A stretch of 61,243 bases of DNA, filler included, from Jimgerdemannia flammicorona (Eukaryota): the NCBI GenBank assembly GCA_003990765.1. It is 3 parts of 3 records of this genome, joined end to end, with 100 filler letters (N's around TTAATTAATTAA, not from the genome) between each part and the next. Parts side by side here need not be neighbours in the genome. Positions count along the whole stretch, not along the records: positions 40,899 to 61,243 come from RBNJ01001704.1; 2 more parts are not named here. One strand, given 5' to 3'. Positions 52,960 through 61,243 of the stretch are shown in pieces. Positions within the stretch are counted from its first letter, which is position 1. Each line of letters starts with the position of its first letter. The position numbers were made by a program, and so were the translations under genes. The notes under the pieces were generated by a model, which saw only the letters and a list, made by a program, of their open reading frames with translations, did not search any database and had not been told where the DNA came from.

Positions 52960-55325
52960 TAAATAAGATAGTTAATCTGAATTAGGAATATGAATCAGGA
53001 GAATATATATTTGATCATAATATCTGAATCTGATTTCCAAATATAGTATAGCCTTACAAATAGCAGTCATTTCAAAAATATAGAAACTTTAACAAATATT
53101 AAGATTTTACAAATATTGAAATTTTACAGATATCAAGAATCTATACTTATGAAGAGTTACTCACAGAAGATATAGTTATAACTTAGCCACCTTATAGCTA
53201 GCAAACTTATATAAATATCCTCATTATCTAGAGTGAATAAATCTCAGATTAAAATAGTTTGAAATAAGAGAAAGTAGAACTAGTAAGTCTATAGGCAAAT
53301 ATACTTTAAACTTATTCACTTCTATATTCCAAGAACTCTGTAGAGTCAAAGAAGATTAAGTTTTTAAGATACAGAAATCTGACATACTTACCCAGTTACA
53401 CATCAACTATATTACAACTTAGTATCTATTAGCTAATAATTTAAGATAAATTTCTCACTTTCATACTAAATAACAAATAACTACTGACTAAAAAACAACT
53501 ATATAAATTGAATCAAGACATCTAGACAAGATAGATATAAGACTGTCAGTATTCTATAGATATACTTCAGATAAATTAATTATTACCTTTATTAATAATT
53601 TTGAGCAATATATATAGCTATAAAGATTCTGACAGCAAGACATTAAGTAGCCCTCATGTCTTTTAGTCTCTGAGGTCTTGCAAGAGTAGTATTTACAGTT
53701 ATAACTCATATAGAAAATAATAATAATACTATGCTGATACATAGTATAGAAGGTCTGGCTCTAAACTCTCTACTATATAGATAAGATCAAGCAAGTTTTA
53801 AAGAATTAGCTCAATACTATATACTAAGAAATGAGTAAGAATCCAAATATATTCTACACTAGAATCTAATATCAGATTATTCTTATAGATTATACTGATA
53901 TTATTTGAGACCAAGTAGCTAAGGCAACCTTTATAAAAAGAGTCTACTTAGAGATAACCATGACCATCTACTTATCACCAGTAGTTCTGGATTTATCACA
54001 GAAGGTCACCTATGCCCAGTGATACTAAATAGGCAGACATTTATAAGATTATATAATAGAAAGAGTCACTGAAGTCAGAATTGAAGCACTCAAGATAACT
54101 AGTATAATTTTTACCACAATAGTCAATCAAAATATATTATATCAAAAGCTATAGAATAATAAAAAAATAGTGATATTATGGAAGAACTTGTCAAGAGATT
54201 TGCAGAAATAACTTCCATTTAGGAGATATAGTAAAGAAAATCAGAGTAAGAGACTACTATCTAGTTTAAATGTTTACTATCACCTCAGATAAAAAGAGAG
54301 GTATCTGTAACATCTGTAGAGAAGAAGGCCACTACTTATATAAATATATAAGTGAGACCAAGTATAAGATCTGACTAAGCAATACTTCTCAAAATAAGAG
54401 ATATACCAATACTATCACTTTTGAAGAAATTGGAGAATCTGATGAAAAAGAATGAGAGATCTATCCTGCCCAGATTACTAAAAAAAAGTATCTATAAGAA
54501 GTCCTACAGAAGACTACTAGGAAAACCTAAGAAGAATCTAGTAGAAAAACAGATAGAGACTAATATAGAAAGCTAAGCTAAAGAAATAGATCAAGATATG
54601 AAATTGGAACAAAATGTCTAAGATATCATTCAAGGAACTACTCCAGCCAGCAAGAGAGAAAAGAAGAAGAAGCTTTGCAAAACTAAGACCTTTAAGTATA
54701 ATATTTTCAAAGATCTCAGCTAACAAAAAGTCAATGCAACCTTTGGCCAGCTAGCAGAAATTCCCACATTTAAATAGCAAATAAGATATGAACTTACCAA
54801 AACAACTAAGGATCAAGATCAGAAGATAACTGAGACCAATAATATTCAAGAATACTTTAGAGAGAAAAGTAAAGATAATTACAAGATCTTTGCCTATATA
54901 ACCTATTATATTAAAGATAGCATCTTTGAAGCCATTATTGATAGGAGAGTAAGAGGATGTCTTCTTAGTAAGAAGACAGCAAACTGTATAGGTTGAGAAG
55001 TTGAAGAAGTAACCAAGTTAGTGTTCATTATAACAGAAAATACAAAAGTAATACCTTTAAGAAAAATCCAAGATATTCTCATCAAGTTTGGAGGAGTACT
55101 ATTCTAGTAAATATAATTGTAACCAATGCTACCAATTATGACATCCTTATCAGCAATCAATGGTTTCATAAAGCCAGAACAATCATTAATCTGAATATCT
55201 AGAAAGTATAAATTATCTACTGAGGACAGAAGATGCAAATCTCCATCAATGTTAACAAAAGAGTACTTTCTGAAATAGAGAAAGAAAGAAGTAAGCAAGA
55301 AGAAGCTTATATAATAACTATTCAG

Positions 55326-55361
<36 letters not shown>

Positions 55362-57500
55362 AAAAAAAAAAAAAACAAAAAAAAAAAAAAAAAAAAAGTT
55401 AGATAGATGAGTGAAGAAGAGTAGTGCAAGTAGATTATTGAAGAATATATACTATAAGAAGTCTGCCTCTATAAGATTAAGATATACTGTATAGAGTATA
55501 TTAATGATTACTATCAGTATATTAGTAGAATCAAGAAGATCTATAATAAAAGAAAACAGAAGGTCTTTGAGAAACAGCCAAGAGAAGAAAAGAAGAAGAA
55601 AGAGGATAATGAACCACCAGCCCTCCTAGAAGACAGTAATGATGAAAAAGAAATCAAGGTCAAGATTTGGAAGATTTATTCTGATATAGTTCCATCAGAA
55701 TATAAGTTAGAGAATACAGCTAGAATAAATATCACCATAGTAGAAAAAACCATACTTGAACTCCAGACAACTACCCTACTTACAACTAGTCTAGAGATAA
55801 CTATTCCAAGAGACCATATCAGAATTCTCAAGATAAGAAGCAGTCTGATTAAAAGTAAGATTATTATTAGAGGAGTTATTGATTTAGACTATATTAGAGA
55901 AATACTACTTATTGCTAGGAACCACAATTCTATAATCCCAATCCCAATCAAGAAGAAGAACTAACTGATGAAGATATTAATCTTCTCAGTCCTTTAGCTA
56001 AAGATCATAAAAGTCAAGAAGTTGGAGAAAACAGGAAGAGAAAAGAAAGGATTCAGATCTATAGGAAAAGGAGTATTCACTAGTACCAAAATTACCAAAC
56101 TGAATCATGAAAAGGAGGAAACTATGAATAAGTATAGCTATACTATTAGAAATAAATTTCTATACAAGAAGGAACTCAAGGAGATACTTTATAAATTTGA
56201 GAATATTCTGGTTACAGATTTTAAAAACACTAAGAAAAAGACTCCACACTACTATTATAATATAGATATAGGAAATACTGAACCAATATATCAAAAAGTA
56301 AGATCAATTTTGCTAGCCTACTGTGAATTGCTTAGAGAAGAAATCAAGCAAATAGAAGAAGTCAGTATTATTAAAGAAGCTAGTAGTCCTTGGGCTTCAC
56401 TAGTTATACTAGTCTCCAAAAAAGAAAGCAAGCTAGGAGAATTTGCCCTAAGACTCTGTATTGATTATAAAAAGCTCAACCAAGTTACTAAGTAGGACTA
56501 TTAACTACTCTTACTCATCGATAATATCCTTGTAACTCTAGAAGATAAGTATAGTATTACAGCACCTTGAATTTATATTCAGAATTCTACCAAATTGGTC
56601 TCATAGAAGTAGCAAGTGAGAAGTTATTCTTTATCACTCTAGATGAAATCTATGTCTATCTATGAATATTATTCAGAATATATAATATACTAGTAAGTTT
56701 TCAGCAAATAATAAATAAAATCTTCTGTTATAATATAGGAAGATAGATAATGGTTTATATAGATAACATAATTATCTATAGCTAGATATTAGAGAAATAT
56801 CTATAGTATATTCAGCAGATGATAGAGAAGCTAAGAAAGTATAGCCTATATATCAAGTTTAAGAAATGTAAATTTGTAGAAATTGAGATCTTCTACTATA
56901 TCATCAACTGAGATAGAATATATATAGACTCCCTCAAGATATAAGTAGTAGTAGTATACTCAAGACCTACTACTATTACTGAAGCTTAAGCTTTTGTAGG
57001 ACTTATCTTATATATATTATTGCAGATTTATTAGAGAGTTCTCTAATATTATAGGCCTAATCTATGAACTCAATAAGAAGAATATCAAGTTCTAATAAAC
57101 TGATAGGTAATAAAAAGTATTTGGTGAGCTCAAAATCAGACTGACCTAAGTACCTATCCTCAGAAGACCCAATTGGACTCAAGAATTTATCTTGAAGACA
57201 GATATAAGTATATAAGAACTAGGAGCAGTTTTGGCTTAGAAAAAAGATAAAGTAGAGTATATCATTATATATTTTAGCTAAGGGACTCAAGAAGCTGAAA
57301 AAGAATATGAATCCTATAAGTTAGAATGTCTTATAGTTATCTGAACTATAGAAAAGTTCTACTACTATCTTACTAGAAGATACTTCACTATTCAGACAGA
57401 TTACTCAGCCCTTACCTAGCTACTGGCTACTGTATAATCCAAAGAAATCTATGCTAGATAAATTATGAAGTTATAAGTCTATGATATAACCATCATACAC
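52960..57500 (+). mobile_element. Third Ty3/Gypsy element with dUTPase between PR and RT, decayed, 3'-truncated
   Basis: LTR ends at 53416. CNICREEGH knuckle, AIIDR protease, dUTPase, SPWAS..LRLCIDYKKLN, VYIDN, RNase H. Confidence 0.87.
55650..56070 (+). pseudogene. dUTPase domain between protease and RT
   Basis: IRSSLIK, RGVIDLDYIRE (GVIDxDYxGE), GREKKGFRSIG (RG..GFGSTG). Confidence 0.8.
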
Positions 57501-58855
57501 TATTTTATTTTATTTTATTTTTTTTTATAGTTACTTGGACTTTGCCATTTTATTACCAATCTATCACCTAAAATTACATTACTCCATTACCCTACCCAAT
57601 ATCCCTAGAGAGCCCTCCCCTACACTCTCACACTTGAATACCACTCTATCACCCAATATTCTCTTCACTCTGCCTACAGATTTTCTCTACCAAATAGTAT
57701 CACTGACTCCTCTGCAGACTCCATCCCAACCACCAGCCTATCAAGGTGTCCTCTATCAACCCTTCCCACCTCACCAACTGCTCCCTCAGACTCAAATACT
57801 TTCTATCCTCAAATACAAATAATCAGTAATCTGCTAGTTCTACCTATACTGCTAGTACCAAACCCAAAGTCAGTCACTCCCTCTCCACCCCCCCCCACCA
57901 ATCTATCTCACAGATCCTCCCATCAATCCTGCTCACCATTCCTTCTGCAAATAATACCAAACCTATTCCCAACTACTAACCAAAAGTCTCCAAGTATCTT
58001 ATACTCTCCTAGTCAATGTTCTAGTATCTATACCAATCCCTCTGCCTGTCCTACATTATAGCACTCCTTACAATCAAAGTTCTCTTCCTCCATAAGGTAG
58101 CCCAAGTGGAAGTTGAGCATGATATTTCTCTACAGCATGCACCACCAAACCACCCAGTACTTAGGTGGTAACTATTGCTATATTGCTACACTCTAGGCCC
58201 AGATGCTATTCTAGTCCCAATCCTCTTCAATTCCTGCCATCTGCTAGCCACTAGGCCATACATCCTGTCCTATCCCCCTCTGGTACTCTACCCTATCACT
58301 CATATCAAAGTCTAAAAGAGGGGCACCCTCCAGTAATACTCAATCTCATCTCCACATTACTAGGCCTCAAGACATATCTCCTTTATCCCCCTATTAGCAA
58401 ATCTCAATACAGTGAGCCCCATTCACTACTCTCTACCAGAAGCCCTTATATCTCATTTGCCCCCTATTAGAAAGCCTAACTAAGGACAGTAAATCTCCAG
58501 TTGCTTCTCTTGGTGAGCACTATATCTCCCAGACCTTCTTCATCAGAGGGACCCAGCTACTATCTCTCAATTCCACCACTCTTCTCAGCCACCATGCTTG
58601 CAGACAATATAGTCTCTTCAGAAAGTCAACCAGCCCAAGACCCCATCTAGCTACTTGCAATGATAAGATTTTCCAGCCAATCTGACTCCTCTGCCTAGCC
58701 CAGATCCAATCTTTTGCTAACTTCAATAGCCTCTTCACCACCCAGACTAAAATGTCCAGGTGATATACTAAATATCATAACTTTGGTAATTAGTAAATAT
58801 TCAAAATAACAATACACTCTGCCAAAGACAGATGGTGGCCTCTCCAACCTACATT
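57501..58855 (-). mobile_element. L1-type LINE 3' fragment with A-rich tail
   Basis: (TTTTA)n/poly(T) at the left. VKRLLKLAKDWIW...GLGLVDF is homologous to ~900-1200. Confidence 0.85.
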
Positions 58856-58859
58856 TATA

Positions 58860-61243
58860 TGCTTTAGTATAGCTTATATAGTCCTGATATTACTATCTAG
58901 AGCATGTTAGTATATTCTAATAATTTTCTAATTCTGAATAAATTTCTCAGTAAATGTTAGAGTACTTTTGCTTATGTATTCTTCATAAAAGATCCCTCAT
59001 CACTAGAGAGCTCACTATTATCTTCATCTTTGATCTCTATTATTTTTGGCTCAGATATCTCTAACTTAAATATATATAGCAGTTGAAAATAATTTCAATT
59101 AACTACTAGAGAGATAGATAATAGTTATTATACTTATACTAAGAGATATAGAAATCCTAATAGATTCATCTATGTAAGATTCTTAATTTCTTTTTTCTCT
59201 AAACTATATATTATATATATAACTATATATTACTCTTATGTGGATTCCAAAGTTGATATATCTTGTCAGAACACTTAAGAAACATATGCTTACTGGCTTT
59301 TAACTCAAATTTATACTAATTGATATTAATCTTATTGAGAATATATACATTATATTCAAATATATATAGATGTGATTCATCAGGCTTAGTTCTACTTCAT
59401 AATTCTTCAGAGCTAAGATTATCATTCTTTTGCTTATTATTACCAGACTTCTTGCTAAGTATTTGAGAAATATATTAATTATAGATATATACTACTATGT
59501 TAATAGCTTCAGCCTAATAAGAATATGATAATTCAGTCATATTAATTATCATTCAAGCCATTTTAATAATCATATAATTAAATTGCTTGTTCATACCATT
59601 CTGTTGGAGTATATAAGAAGCTATTATTTAATAGTATATATAGTAGTTTTTCAGAAATTGCTTGAATACATTCTTGATGTATTCACATCTATTATCTGAT
59701 TATATAGCATATATTCTATATTCTGTCTCATTCTTGGTGATCACTTTGAATTCTTTGAATTTATTCAAGACTTTACTCTATACTAATAGGAAATATATAT
59801 ATATCCTGCCTATATAATTATTGATAAATGTGATGAAATATTTCTTCTCAGAGTATAATTATATATATATCAGCATATATATATATATAAGATTGAGGAT
59901 CCCAGATATATACTTTAATTATTTCTCAAATAGTTAGTGAGAAGCTTTATTTTCCATATATATCTTATAAAAGCTATTCTCTAGAAATATATATTTTGAT
60001 AATCTATTCATCAAACCACTTCAGATTATCTTTCTGAGACTTGATTTGCTGATATATCCTAAGTGTTGATACCATGTATTAGATGTATTAGATATTGTTA
60101 TTATATATATAGAGACTTTTATATTATCTCTATTTAGTGTACTATTGATTGTATAAAGATTACTATATTTTGAAGCTATCATCAACTTATTATCATCTAA
60201 ATTATACACTGTTATACCCTTTGAATATATATGTATCTCTTTGTTGTTATGAGATATCATCTTGTCTATTGAAAAGAGATTTTTACCAATTTCTAGAGTA
60301 TATAGTATATCTAAAAAGGTACTGATAGATACTATAATATTACTATAGAGATATATCTTCACATTTCCCTTTCCTTAAGTATAGATGATATTGTTATCTT
60401 CTAGTTTGATAGATACAGAATACTCAAAAGACTCATATATAGAGAACTATTTCCTATATGACATTATATATTATATGACTCCAGAATCTATTAGTTAGAT
60501 ATCATTATCATCAGCTATATTTACAGTATATTTACTACTAATAGTACTGATATCATTGCTACTTTATATTGACCCAAAAGTATTTTGCTGACCAGGATTT
60601 ATAGATGACAGATTGGTAGATTTGGTGGTAGAACTGCTTATAGATCTCATAATAGTAGCCAAATTGTTATCTATATATTACTTATATGAAAAACATACTA
60701 CTGTTATTAATTTCAGTAATGTTTATATTATCACACTTCTCTTTGCCTCAATAATTCTTTCTGCTGCCCCTATATTACTAATACTGACTTTTATATTATT
60801 TATTTTTACTACTCTTCTTATTATTTTCTCAGTAATAATAATGATACTTTCTGTATTCATACTTACTATAGTATTCATAGTAATAATTATACTTAATTGA
60901 TTGGCTACTATTATGTTAATTTTGGGTTTAAGTTTATTGATCTTATTGTCTATACTTTTGATATTATTTGGTGCTACTACTATGTTTACAGGATTTACAA
61001 AAGATATTTTTATCATTATTACCACTATTTTCTTAACATATTTTCTCATTTATAAGGCTCATTATCATATAGATATAGTTTATGAGTCTGTCACTCTTAA
61101 ATATAGCTATAATAATAATATTATATATATTCAGAAGTTCCCTTATAAGTACTATAACCTTTTCTTTATTGCTAATACAATCTATAGATATTCTGAGAAA
61201 ATTTACTTAATTTACCAGATTGTTGATATAACTTTTTTTTTTT
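58860..61243 (-). mobile_element. Ty1/Copia remnant (gag end, protease, GAG-pre-integrase, integrase)
   Basis: LIDSG (~60490), TWYQHLGYIS, SDNRCEY (SDNGGEY), QQNGM. Integrase directly follows protease. Confidence 0.85.

Noticed and set aside
60613..61049. Hydrophobic membrane-protein-like ORFs (also 35669-35884 and 37082-37378)
   Set aside because: Products of AT-rich mutated TE sequence.

Overview
Eukaryotic DNA, almost certainly fungal. A Mucoromycota-type host (Endogonales/Glomeromycotina-like) is my inference from intron style, TE families and gene remnants. About 90% of the window is nested, C-to-T-eroded transposons, and it is cut by two artificial scaffold joins (N...TTAATTAATTAA...N at 20350-20449 and 40799-40898). 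Recognisable elements: an L1/Tx1-type LINE plus several fragments; a ~1.2 kb poly(A) retroposon family (4 copies); a Plavaka remnant; two intron-containing hAT transposases and a hAT MITE; an Ngaro-type tyrosine-recombinase retrotransposon with split direct repeats; three Ty3/Gypsy elements; and a Ty1/Copia remnant. There are also two CpG-rich non-repeat islands: a spliced pseudogene and an apparently spliced but non-coding region. The most striking observation is a full-length Gypsy element (45294-52594; paired 505-bp LTRs, CTATG TSD). In its env position it carries an intronless, TATA-preceded ~352-codon ORF with both cyclin N- and C-terminal box signatures, which the ORF track hides because C-to-T stops split it. 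The other two Gypsy elements each carry a dUTPase, at different polyprotein positions. All protein assignments are by-eye motif recognition; no searches were run.
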